64,000 nucleotides of DNA from the human T2T-CHM13v2.0 reference genome, Homo sapiens, in NCBI RefSeq assembly GCF_009914755.1, contig NC_060944.1; one strand, written 5' to 3'. This document shows positions 1 to 13,235 of this stretch, in pieces (position 1 is the stretch's first letter; every line of letters begins with the position of its first letter). The position numbers and the translations under genes were made by a program. The notes beneath the pieces were generated by a model. It saw only the letters and a list, made by a program, of their open reading frames with translations. It was not told where the DNA came from and searched no databases.

Positions 1-592
1 CCTCCTTTCACGATGGAGCCAGACCCTGCACGCAGGTGAGAAACCGCAGCCAACCCCACCAGCAGCCCCCTGTCACCAGGGACCATGGGGGCCCTTGGGG
101 CCTGGTTGCGGGTGGGGAGGTAGGTGGGTGCCGGGAGGATGAGGGGAACCTGCAGCGGGAAGTCAGCGCTCCACGGGCGGCCCAGCCGAGGCTTGGAAAA
201 ATCCCGACGCTGGAATGCTTCTCTCACTGGCTTTATTTTCCCCAAGCTTCCCTGACAAAAAACGAGGCTGAGTCCTTTTTCTTAATGGCGCAATACAAGA
301 AGCATCAGCTTCCAGAGCCGAGGGTGTGCCCAAAGGATCTGGGCAGGGCTGGGCCTCTGGGGGGCCCAGAGCAGGGGACAGGTGTGGTGCCCCCAGCACA
401 GCAGGCACTAATTGGCTCTCATGCCGGTGGCCCTGAGAGGGGATTAACTGGGCCCTGGGGAACTGGCTGGGGATGGGGCCACGCCCCAGCCAGGGTTGGG
501 CTTGGGGACAGGAGTGTGGAGGAGCAACAGTGAGGACTCTGGGGTCACCCCAGCATGGGCCCAAATCCCAGCTTTGTCTCTTGGGCAAGTTA

Positions 593-957
<365 letters not shown>

Positions 958-1735
958 TCAGGACTATTTCATTCTCACCCTAAGCACTCAGGGAGGCAGG
1001 AAGTCCACAGTCCACTCACTGGCCATAGGCAGAACTGAGGCTCCAGGAGGAATGGCATTTGCCTAGTGACACTGGGGAGCATGAGATGTCAGATTGACTT
1101 CCACCCCCCACCCGCCCATCAGGCTTCCGGCTTCACTGTCTCAGCCACTATCTCAACCTCCCCGATTAGCAGTGCTGAACGCTGACCCTGAAAATCAGAC
1201 CTCAACGCCGCCTGCCCCAAACATTCCTGGGCTCCCCAGTGCCCAGATAAAATCCAGGCTGATTTGCTGGGCACTAGAGGCCTGTGTGCTATGGCTCCGC
1301 CCACCTCAGGTTTAAATGACACTTCCATGCCTCTGCACAGGCTGTCTCCTCTACCTGGGACACCCACCCTCTGCTTAGCCCCTTGGTGAGCCTCAGCCCT
1401 AGGGTATACTCTGCCAGAAAATCTCCCCAGCCCAGACTCCAGGCCAAGCCAGGGACTCCTCTGCTCCCTACCCTCTGGGTAGCCCTGGGAGATCTCCTCC
1501 CCGGAGTCACCAGCCAGCAGGGAGAATGCTCCCGGCCTGGTATCCTATCTCTGGAATCTCTGCCCTCCCTTGACCTCCACAGCTTCCCGGCTGGCACTCC
1601 TTTTCTCACTCAGCATCCACAGCCCTCGGCCCTCCCCATTCTGCTCCTGCAGGAGGGGCCTTTCCCTGATCACCCCAAGCCACAGGCTGACAGCCCTTCC
1701 ACCACGCTGTTGCTCCAGAAGCTACTGTGTTCCTA

Positions 1736-2845
1736 AGGAGGGCAGGGAGGGTGGAGGGGAGGGAGAGTAGAGGGGAGAGAGAGTGGAGAAGGAGGGTGGA
1801 GGGGAGGGAGGGTGGGGAGGGAGAGTGGAGGGGTGGAGAGTGGAGGGCAGAGAGTGGAGGGGAGGGACAGTGGAGGGGAAGGAGGGTAGAGGGAGGGAGA
1901 GTGGAAGGAGGGAGAGTGGAGGGGAAGGAGGGTGAAGGGGAAGGAGGGTGGAGGGAGGGTGGAGGCAGGGAGAGTGGAGGGCAGGGAGGCTGGAGGGAGG
2001 GAGAGTGGAGTGCAGGGAGGGTGGAGGGAGGGAGAGTGGGGAGGGAGGGTAGAAGGTAAGGAGGGTGGAGGGGAGGGAGGGAGAGTGGAAGGCAGGGAGG
2101 GTGGAGGGAGGGAGGGTGGGGAGGGAGGATGGAGGACAGGGAGGGTGGGGAGGGAGGGTGGAGGGAGAGTGGGGAGGGCAGGGAGGGTGGAGGGGGGGAA
2201 AGTGGGGAGGGAGGGTGGAGGGCAGGGAGGATGGAGGGAGGGAGAGTGGGGAAGGTGGAGGGGAGGGAGGGAGGAAGGCAGGGGGGGAGGGAGGGAGAGT
2301 GGGGAGGGTGGAGGGGAGGGAGGGTGGAGGGAGGGAGAGTGGGGAGGGTGGAGGGCAGGGAGGAGGGAGGAGGGGAGGGAGGGAGAGTGGGGAGGGTGGA
2401 GGGCAGGGAGGGTGGAGGGCAGGGAGGATGGAGGGAGGGAGAGTGGGGAGGGTGGAGGGCAGGGAGTGGGGAGGGAGGGACAGTGGGGAGGTTGGAGGGG
2501 AGGGAGGGTGGAGGGCAGGGAGGGTGGAGAGCAGGGAGGGTGGGGAGGGAGGGTGGAGGGAAGGAGAGTGGGGAGGGAGGGAGAGTGGAGAGGGAGGGTG
2601 GAGGGGAAGGAGGGTGGAGGGAGGGAGAGTGGGGAAGGTGGAGGGGAGGGAGGGTGGAGGGCAGGGATGGTGGAGGGAGGGAGAGTGGGGAGGGAGGGTG
2701 GAGGGCAGGTAGGGTGGAGGGAGGGAGAGTGAGGAGGGAGAGTGGGGAGGGAGGGTGGAGGTCAGGGAGGGTGGGGAGGGAGACTCGGGAGGGAGAGTGG
2801 GGAGGGAGGGTAGAGAACAGGGAGGGTGAAGGGGAGGGAGGGAGC
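1736..2845. repeat. G/A-rich degenerate minisatellite (GGAGGGTGG / GGGAGAGTGG units)
   Basis: About 1.1 kb nearly devoid of C on the + strand. Source of the Pro/Ser- and Gly/Arg-rich pseudo-ORFs. Confidence 0.93.
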
Positions 2846-5282
2846 GAGCCTCACCTTTACTGAATACCTGCCCTGGGTCAGGCCCTATTCTAGGCACATG
2901 GCCAACCAGTATCTCGATGACTCCATTTCATAGAGGACCGAAAGGAGATTAGGGTTGGAGAGATGAAGGCTCCCTCTTGCCTAAGGGCCTGAGGCCTAGC
3001 TAGGCTTTTCCACTGCCTGCGCTGCTCAGGTGACGTTCTGGGGTCCCCAAGGGCCATCACAGGGCTTGCATATTCCTCATGTTCTCTCACCTGAGCCAGC
3101 CAGCCCAGGCCCAAGGCAATGGCAGTGGTGACAACGGCAGTAATCCTAACACTGGCTGATAACGGGCACCATTTAGGCACTGGGCTCCAAAACCCACATA
3201 ATCCTAAACATGGAGAAACTGTTGCCCAGAGAGGCCAAGTGACTTATGTAAGGTCACACAGCTGACAAGCCATAGCGCTAGGACTTACACCCCATGATGG
3301 AAAAGCCACGACGTCCTAGAGCCTGGGACATTGCCTGGTCTCCCGGCCAAGGTGGCAGCAGCCCCCAGGCAGCTGTGGCCCCAATTCTGGTCACTGGGCC
3401 CTAAGCGTATCCTCGGCAGCCACCTGCTAATTAGCCAGGCGGCTCCTGCCTGCTCAGTGGCTGCTTTGGAGCAATTCTCCCAGGAAAGGCCGAGCTTGCA
3501 GGAGCAGGAAAGGTAATTGCTAATTTGCACGAGAGGAGACAAAGGGACAAAGGCGCCCTTGGCTGCCCGGTGCAGCCTGAGCCAGCTTCACATCCAGAGC
3601 TCCCTGCCACTTGCCATCCACCACGGCGGGCCCCAGGATGTCTGTCTGTCCCCATGACACATCCACACAGTCTCTGTTCGGTGTAGGCCACCCGGCCGCG
3701 CCCCAGGAAGGCCAGAAGAGACCATTAACGTGGCCCTGTCATCCTTCAGAGCACTGCAGGGGAGGTGTACAGGGAGCTAACGATTGAAAAAGCGGATGAC
3801 TCCCACGAACGTTCCAGCATCTTCTGGACGCTCTGCGTGTGTTGCTTACAGAACCTCACAGCCGCTCATGGGTTGATACCGCTCTCAGCCCCATTTACAG
3901 GGGAGAAAACTGAGGTACAGGGATGAAGCAACTGCCCAAGGCCACCTGGTAGGACATGAAGGAGCCAGGATTAGAACTCAGCCCATCTCGCTGCTGAGCT
4001 TGTACTATTCTATGATCTAAATTGAGACTGTCTAGTTTAAGGCTCCCATTTTGCAGCAGAAGAAACTGAGGGCAGAAAGCTACAGAATGGAAGAAGCTGG
4101 GCTTTGGAGTCCCAGCTCTGCCTCGTATGTCCTGTGTGCTTCAGGACACAATCTTCCCTCTTTGTGCCTCAGTTTCTTCATCTGTAAAATGGGCTAGGAA
4201 TCTCCGAGTTGTGTGGGCACTGGGGAAAGTATGTCTGGCCCTTCAAGGTGCTGCACAAAGGTGGGCTCCCTGATTGCTCCTTCGAGGGGTCCAGCAGCCC
4301 AGTGCCTCGGGGGGCTGAAGCAGGTGCGGCTAGAGCCTGGGGCCAGGAGCCCTGTGAGATGAGGCTCAGGCTGCAGGAACCAAGGAGCAGAGACTTGTGG
4401 GCAGGGCCCACTGTCAAGGGCTGGGAGGCTGGGCCGTGGCCAGGAAGGCTGGCCCAGGGAGGAGGGGGCCCGCCTGCACGAAGCCCACCTGCCAGTACCT
4501 GCCTGAGCTGTGACTAGCGCCCTGGGGCTTGGGATTAGGCAGGCCCGGGTCCAAGCCCCACCAGGCGTGCCCCTCTCTCAACCTCAGCTTCCTCATGTGC
4601 AGCCCCTCACAGAGCTGTCCTGAGGCTCAGAGAAGCTGACAGGGGCGTGCATCTGGATGACAAGGCACTGGGGGCCAGGCTGTTGAGGGAACAGTCTGGA
4701 GACCCCGCCCTCCCAGCCCAGCCAGGCCAGACACCGGATGGACACACAGGCCGAGTGGACGGTCACGTGAGGTACCTCTTCCTCTTCTCGCCGAGACCTG
4801 CCCCAGACTCTGCCTGCCTGCGGCCTGAGCTTCCCCAGGCTCTGGGCCTTTCAATATCCTTACAACAGACCTCCTGTCCCACCAAGCTGTGCCTTACAAA
4901 ACCTGGTCGGGGACCACAAATCTGCAAGGCGCTATTATTGCATAGCACACATGTGCAGGAGGTGCATGCATGGGGCTGCTTATGGTAGGGGGTGTAAGGG
5001 CACTGGACGATCTCTCCTGCCCCGCACCCCCTGGGCTCTCTGAACCAGGACAGCCTGGTCTTAGCCCTCCATCAGCCCTGCCTCACTGTCAGCCTGGGCA
5101 AGTCACACATCCTCTCCAGGCCTCAACTTACCCTCTCTGTAAACTGGGGCTATTACTTCTTGTTCCATCTTCCTCATGGGGTTCTTAGAAGACTCAAGTG
5201 ATAGGACAAATTTCCAACAGCTTTGAAAACAATTCAGAGTCATACCAGAATGTTAAGTTGTTAGGTTCTGGTTTTAAACGTT

Positions 5283-5577
5283 AGGCACAGTGGCTCACGC
5301 CTGTAATCTGAGCATTTTGGGAGGCTGAGGTGTTGGAGACCAGACTGGGCAACATGGCAAGACCCCGTCTCTAAAAACAAACAAACAAACAAAAACAGAA
5401 GAAGAAAAAAATTAGTTGGGTGTGGTGATGTGCCCTGTAGTGCCAGCCACTCGGGAGGCTGAGGTGGGATGCTTGAGCCCAGGTCAAGGCTGCAGTGAGC
5501 TGTGATCGCACCACTGCACTCCAGCCTGGGCAACAGAGCAAGGCCCTGTCTTAAAAAGTAAGCAAATAAAAATAAAC
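5283..5577 (+). mobile_element. Alu (J-like)
   Basis: Dimeric Alu with A-rich linker and tail. Confidence 0.85.
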
Positions 5578-6049
5578 ATTTACTGAGAAGCTCCTATAAG
5601 CCAGGCCTCAGGCTGGGCACTTACACACATGCTTCCCAGAGTGGTCTCTGTAAGTCCCATTGCAACTCGGTTCTATGGGCTGCAAAACTCCTGTCCCTGT
5701 TTTGCAGTTGAGGACACTGAAGCTCAGAGAGTGATTTGCCTAAGATCACATGGCTGGAAAGCAGTGGACCCAGGATTCGAATCCAGGGCCATCTGCGAAT
5801 CCGTCACTCAGGGTGAGGAGCTGGATGATAGTAGCCTCTTTTCCAAGTCCCCATGGGTCTTCAAACCCACTCAGCACTTTTAAGATATGGGCAGCAAGGC
5901 ACCTGCCCCAGCCCCACCTACAAGGTTGGCATCCTGACTCCCGTGGGGACAGGCTACGAGGGCTCAGAAATCATTTTATTCTGAGGCTCAAGGTCCTGCA
6001 GAGTAAAATGTGGTCTTTTGATTCCCAAATACAGGGGGTGGGAGGAGCT

Positions 6050-6475
6050 GGGGACACTGGCCTCCTTGCAGTTCCTCAAACCAACCAGACACACTCCTGC
6101 CTCGGGGCCTTTGCACTTGCTGTTCCCTCTACTTGGAATGTTTTTCCACCCAATTCCCGTATAATTTGCTCCTACGGGGCTCTGCTCAAAATGTCACATT
6201 TTATAGCTGAAGGCCTCTCACTGAGGCCCTCCCTGACACCCTGTTTAAAATTCTAACACCTCCTGCTCCAACCCCTTGAGTTCCCCTGGTTCTGCTTTAC
6301 TTTTCTCCACGCATTTACCAGCGTCTGACACAGTGGGCCTGTTCCTTGTTTATTGGGTACTGTCAGCCTGCCCTAGAACGTCAGCTCTATGAGGACAGGG
6401 ATTTTGTTTATGCCTCCAGAGTAGAGTGTCTAGGACAGAGCAGATGCTTGGCAAATATTTGAACAAGTGAATCAA
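6050..6475 (+). mobile_element. L2 LINE 3' fragment
   Basis: gcctttgcacttgctgttccctct...aaatgtcac...aaatatttgaac motifs typical of the L2 3' end. Confidence 0.75.
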
Positions 6476-7314
6476 ACTGAGGCCCAGAGAGGAAAGCTGG
6501 TGGGCCCCAGGCTGCACAGGAAGTGAAGGGGCAGCATTTGTGTCCTGGCCTTCTGCCCAGCCCTGGGCATCTGTCCCCTCTCTTTACTGGCATGGAATCA
6601 GCTTGGCTTTGCTAGAATCAGGGGTGCAGGAGCCTGGGTCCTTGCCTCCTTCCCCTCCTGAGAGATCTGGGAGCCAACAATGGGTGGGAGAACAGCCTCC
6701 GCCCTGGGGCTGCGTCAGGGAAACAGCAATGTGGGTGTGTAGAATGTGTCCTTCCAAGAGACCCTGGCTTCCCACCTGCCCCACTCTCCATCCCGGTTCC
6801 CAGAGGCAAGGCTGAGAACAGAGCCTTCTTTTCTTTCTTCCTCCTGATTTAGGGAACGGGATCTGCCCCAGACACACTAGCTGCCATGGCGAGGTGGCAG
6901 TTCCTTGCCTTCCTGGTGGCCTCCATGGAGGATTGTTCTCCCTTTTCACAGACAAGGTGCTGAGGGCAGAGGAGCCAGGGCACCATTTGTCCAAACTTAC
7001 TTGGGCAAAACCAGACCTCAAACTCTGCTCTGGCAAGTCAGACTCATACACTTCCCCTGTGCTGAGTCCCCCACAGAGGGAGGAAACTGCCTGCTGGAAG
7101 TGGCAGGTGGCCATAGCTGGGAGCAGCTGCTGGTCAGCCGCCTGCCTGAGCGCACATCTGGGTGCTGCCCTTTGCTCACAGGGGCCCTTGGGCAAGTGGC
7201 ATAAGATCTCAGTGCCTCTCAGTGTTGCTGCAGGAGCCCAATGTGCAAACACACACAGAGCACTTAGAACAGACTGGCACCCACTGAGTACTCAATAAAC
7301 ATGAGCTGACACAC

Positions 7315-7705
7315 TACCATCATCACCATCATTGGTGTGTGCCATCACACACACCACCATCACCATCACACCACCATTGTCATCACCACCACCACCACCA
7401 TCATCTTCATCACCATCATTACCACCACCATCATCATCATCATCACCATCACCATCATCTTCATCACCACCATCATCGTCACCATCATCGTCACCATCAT
7501 CACCATATTCATCACCATCATCATCACCACCATCATCACCACATCAACATTATCGTCACCATCATCACCATCATCACCATTAATACCACTATTGTTACCA
7601 TTACCATCACCACTATAATCATCATCATGACGGCCATCACCATCCTCACCACCATCCCCACCATCCCCAACACCATCACCACCATCAGCACCACCACCAT
7701 AACTG
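7315..7705. repeat. (CAT/CAC)n degenerate trinucleotide repeat
   Basis: Read directly. Abuts a MIR 3' end (cacttagaacagactggcac...ctcaataaa). Confidence 0.92.
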
Positions 7706-8494
7706 TGTCATGTAGCATCCGTTCCCCACAATATGCCCTGAACTCTGCCAGGGCAAGAACCACATCTATGGGTCTCAACAGTGCACCCCAGGAGGCCCTC
7801 TCCAGGTTGCTAAATGGATAAATGAGTGAATGAATGATGAACAGTTCTTTGTGCAGGGCAAAGCAGCTGATGAGGAGGAGACTCAGATTCACCCCTCCAG
7901 CCCCTCCCCCTCATTCCTAAATGGGAGTAAATCTGCTCCCATTTAGGGCACTGCCCCCTAGAGCCTACAGCCTCCCTGGACCTCAGACTCCAGTCTCTGC
8001 TCTGCACACACTGGACCAGACTCACTCCCTAAACACCTCCCTCCCCATGTTCTTCCTGCTCTACAACACTCAATGGCTCCCAATCCCTGAGATCTGGCTT
8101 TCTGGGGCCCCACTATGGGGCCATCCAGCCATATCTCCCCAGCCCTGCACCTCCCTTCAAGCCAGTTTCCTTCCCTCCTTTCCACCGCCTGTGCCCCTGC
8201 CCGACCTGGGCTTCCCAACATGGCCAGAGAAAGTGGAAATCCTCTTGATGGGGCTTGAGGCCCATGATGACCCAGCCCTGCTGACCCTGCCAGGCTCCTG
8301 AGTCTCTCCGTCCTGGAACTGGAGGAGCCTGCTTGTTGGGTAGGTCGGACCCCCCTTGATGGGACTGCAGGCTGCTTGTGTGGGGGACCCTGGCCATCTC
8401 ACCAGCCCTCATGTTGGCCCCACAACAGCTCTGCTTCTCCATTTTGCAAAGGAGAAAACTGAGGCACAAAATGGATAAAGACAAGGCTTGAGGC

Positions 8495-8940
8495 ATTCAT
8501 TTAAAAAATATACACTGAGTGCTAGGAACTCAGCAGTGAACCAGACAGCAAATATTCCTGTCCTTATGGAGCCCAAGAGGAACACGCACAAAAACACAGC
8601 TTTGTCAGATGTTCATAAGGGCTCCAAAGTTAGTGTAAGGGGCTTGAGAGTGATAGGAACCAACGACATTTTGAAAAGACAATCAGGGAGGGCCTCCCTG
8701 AGGAGGTGACATTTCAGCAGAGCTCAGTGACGTCCAGGGGAACAGCCAGGAGGCCAGTGTGGCTGAAGGAAAGTGAGCAGGGGCCAAGGAACTGGAAAGA
8801 GGGACCAGAGCTGGGCCTTGCAGGTCATGGTGACTTTTGCTCAGAGAGTGATGAGAAGCCACAGGAGAGTTTTGAACAGAGAAGGAACATGGTCAGGTTT
8901 ACATTTTTAACACAGCACTTTGGCCACAGTGTGAAGCGGG
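8495..8940 (-). mobile_element. L2 LINE fragment
   Basis: cattcatt...cagggagggcctccctgaggaggtgacattt, antisense L2 motifs. Confidence 0.7.
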
Positions 8941-10467
8941 GCGGAAGTAACAGGGAGGACAATGAGTGCTACAGCTGGGGAGGAGGTGACAAGAGCTGGG
9001 GTAGGAGGTAGTGATGGAAAAGGCCTTGCACTCCCGCACTCCCTAGAGCACTACTTCCTGGGAAAGGGGGGCTCAGAGGAGCCAGACACTAGGGCAGCTG
9101 GGCTGGCATGGGGGACTCCAGGCAGAAGCCACCTCCTGGAGCTCAGCAAGCCTGGCACAACCAGGACAGGGGCTGGCTTCCTGAGCCAACCAGCTGGAGA
9201 GCACACCAGCCCCTAGGCTGCCCCTGACCTCCAGCCAGGGGGGTACCTGGTACTCCCAGCTCTGAGAGGGCAGAGATCAAGTCCTGTTCACCACCACAGA
9301 GGCGGTACCTAGCACAGCTCCTAGCAAAGAGTAGGTGCTCTGGCAATCTTTATGGAATGAATGACAGGACCTGGTACATAGCAGGCACCAATCAAAATGT
9401 GCTGAACAAATCAATGAATGAATGGATTGCCTGCAGCCCTGTATCATTTGCCGGTAGTTTCTTGTGTTAGTCTGAGTTCCTTAAAATAATTACAACTGCT
9501 GTGGATCGGATCGCAGAGCCTTGCCAGGAGCCAGGCCCTGAGCTAAGTCTCTTACCAGCATGAAACAACCCCAAACAGCAGGTTCTATTGCTAGGCCCAT
9601 TGTACAGAGGAGGAAATTGAGGCCAAGGGAGGTTAATTAATTTCCCCAAGGTCACTCTGTTACTAGGCAGCACAGCCAGGATTCGAACCCAGGGCTGGGT
9701 TCTTCTCAGCTACATGTTAATACCTCCTGAATCAGGATCTTATCAATGACACCGTCATTCCCAACTCAACTGTAAATCCTCCTGAGGGCAGGGATCCCTG
9801 GGGTCCCTGATGAACAACCCCAATCCTCCATCACATCTTAGGCGCTGCGTTGGCTGTCCACAGCAGCTCAGAGAATGGCACTGCCTTCCCAATAAGGAAC
9901 CCAAAGGCTTGGAGCTTGGGAACCTTTCCAAGAATGGTACCCCAAAGGGGCAGCGGAGGAAGGCCTTGAGCCCCCATCTTCTGGGGCCTGGCCAAGGGCT
10001 CTTTCCATAGTACCCTTCCCCCTCCTGTCCCCACAGTCACCCTGTGTACCCAGCACAGGCGCAGGGATTGAGTTCCCAAACCACGAGCCCTGTAAGCAGC
10101 AGCAGCTACTTCCTGGGGCCCAGCGGGTGTCCAGAAAACCCGCCCACACCAGAGGCCCGTCTCAAGGTCTGGGGCCACTGGGTTGACCCTGGGCTGACTT
10201 CTTACCTCTGCCTCTCTTTTTCCTGAATAGACAAAAACTGAGCTTTAGGACCTGCACAGGGAGCTGGGCATTTAAAACTGCAAGCAGGGCATGCTTAGCT
10301 ATATATGCACAATAATAATTAATAACAATAATGATAACAGCAGCAGCCACAGTGATGATGGCCAACACTCACCGAGCACTCAACCACGACCCTTAAGAAG
10401 CCCTCAATGCTCACTACAGCCTCCAGGGAAGCAGGTCCCATTAGCACTCCCACTTTTTTGGATGTAG

Positions 10468-11013
<546 letters not shown>

Positions 11014-12541
11014 AACTGCCGGTTTTGGTTTGGGTTTTAAATCATGTGCGTGTACTGCCATAAAACAAACCTCTTTCGTGCACCTTCACCCACCTTGCCC
11101 CTCCTAGGAGGCCTATCTCCTCCTCTCCCCATGGCACCGTTTCCTTCCTCACAAGAGGCTTTCCGTGCTTCCTCCCCAGCCACCAAGGCACTCTCTCCCT
11201 GTCCTAACCCCTCAGGAGGCTGCCCAAGATCATGCACTGGCCACACGTCTGCTCTTGGGGCAGCTGGTAGCTGGCCTGGGCTGGGTGTGGGGCTGCACCT
11301 CCCCATTTAGGCCCCACCCGCTGAGGGCAGAGGCCTGGTCTCACAGGAGCCGGCAGGAGGCTCTCCCAGCCTCGGCTGATGTGGAGTGGCCAGCGGTTGG
11401 CTGTGGGTCTCCATGCTACTCGGTACTCTCCCTGAACTGCAGAATCTTTGGGGGATCCCTGAGGGTGAACCCTACCAACAGACCCTGCTTGTGCCTAATA
11501 TCCCAAGGTTGGCACCCTCTGCCAGGCAGATTCACACCCAACTCCCCAGCCTGGGATGAACCACCATCCAAGACCAGGTAACACCACAGAGGATCCCAGA
11601 ATCTAAGCCTTGCTGTCAGAAGGATGGCGATTTAAGGAGCTGAGGACACAACCCTTCCCTGTGCTAGCTGGAGTCTGTAGTCTGCCTCTTCCCAGCTTTG
11701 TGCTCTTGGGCATCTTACTTAACGTATCTGAGCCTCCGAATCTCCATTGGCGAGATAAGGATCCCAGCGGCCACCAAATTTGGACAATCACATGGGGTCG
11801 TGTGCATAAAGTGTTTAGCACAGGGCCTGGCACTTCCTAAGCACTGGGCAATACTGGCTGTGTCATGACTGCCATTGTTCTCACTCCACAGCAGACACGG
11901 ACTGAGGACTTCATGTATTCCAGATTCTCCCCACAGCAACTGGAAGAAGTAGCTGACGTTGCTCTCCCCATTTTACAGATGTGAGAATGGAAGAAGTTAA
12001 GATGGATCCAAGCCAGTTGGTGAGTCAGGATTCGAACCCAGGGCTCTTGTTCCCGCTCTCAGTCCTGTAATGCACAGCCTGAACTCCGTGGAGCCCACTG
12101 CCCCTCGCCCCTCCTCCCCGATGACCAGCCTCTGATTGGAGCAGCAGGACTCCCGGCCTCCACTTCCCACCACCTTTGGCTTGGCGCCGTCCCTCTGACC
12201 TCTGGCTTCCATCAAGGCCCCCTCTCCTCCAGATCTGGGGGCTGGGGCCCTGTCAATCCTGGAGGCAAACCCAGCTGACTACTACCCTCCTGGAAGCCCC
12301 CCAGCCCAGTTTCCCTGCACAGGCTCTGGCTTCCCTTCTACCTCTGCCCACTGCCCCTTCTGCAGCTCTCTGCTCCAGTATCCCCTGCCCCGGACTCCAT
12401 GTCCGTAAGGTCTCACTGCCACTGGCCACGCCACAGGCATAAGCAGAGAGCAGTTCTTGTTTCCGATGCTGAGCACTTGACATGGAGTCTCTCTTCAGCT
12501 CCCCAAGGCAGCTCTGAGAGATAGGTCATACTATCGCATCC

Positions 12542-12822
12542 TTTTCTTTTTTTTTTTTTTAGACAGGGTCTCGCTGTCACCCAGGCTGGATGGAGTGCAG
12601 TGGCACAACCACGGCTCACTGCAGCCTTAACCTCCCAGGCTCAAGTGTAGCTGGGACCACAGGCATGGCGCCACCATGCCCAGCTAAGTTTTTTTAGTTA
12701 TTATAGAGACACAGTCTCACTATATTGCCAGGGCTGGTCTCAAACTCCTGGGCTCAAGTAATCCTCACACTTCGGCCTCCCAAAATGCTGGGATTACAGG
12801 CATGAAATACTGTGCCTGGCCT
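12542..12822 (-). mobile_element. Alu (J-like)
   Basis: Antisense Alu with poly-T and an internal deletion. Confidence 0.85.
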
Positions 12823-13119
12823 GGGTCCATTTTACAGATGAGAAAACTGTGGCTCAGAGAGGGGCAGCAACTTGCTTCAAGGTCATTCAGCTCATGAGTC
12901 ACAGAGATCCACTGAAACCCCGGCCAGTCTGAGCTCCAGAGACCCACTCGGTGGCACTGCTTCACCTGGCTTCATCACAGCTTCTAGGGTTACTGATTCC
13001 ATCTCAGTCACAATCCCGATCACAGCTTCCTTTCATTGAGGGCTTGACTGTCCACACCTTGGTATAGATACTTCTATACAATAGCATAGAAGGAGGATAT
13101 AACTGAATCCATAGCTATT

Positions 13120-13235
13120 GTCATCCCATTTTACAGATGAGGAAACTGAGGCTCAGAGAGGGGAAGTAACTTACCCAAGACTGCACAGCAGTAAGCGGCA
13201 GAACCTGGACCCAGCCCCTGGCTCCAGACCCCCAC
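13120..13235 (-). mobile_element. MIR (one example of many MIR fragments, e.g. ~3200-3285, 4085-4215, 9540-9700, 35485-36000, 39420-39525)
   Basis: cccattttacagatgaggaaactgaggctcagagaggggaagtaacttacccaag is the MIR core. Confidence 0.85.

Noticed and set aside
13-41. ATG followed by a CAG|GTGAGA donor-like site on the + strand at the window start
   Set aside because: No partner exon or promoter evidence; such motifs occur by chance.
1722-2897. 391-aa extensin-like Pro-rich ORF and its Gly/Arg-rich antisense ORFs
   Set aside because: Translations of a simple repeat.
7332-7892. Poly-His, poly-Ser and Thr/Ile-rich ORFs
   Set aside because: Translations of the (CAT/CAC)n repeat.
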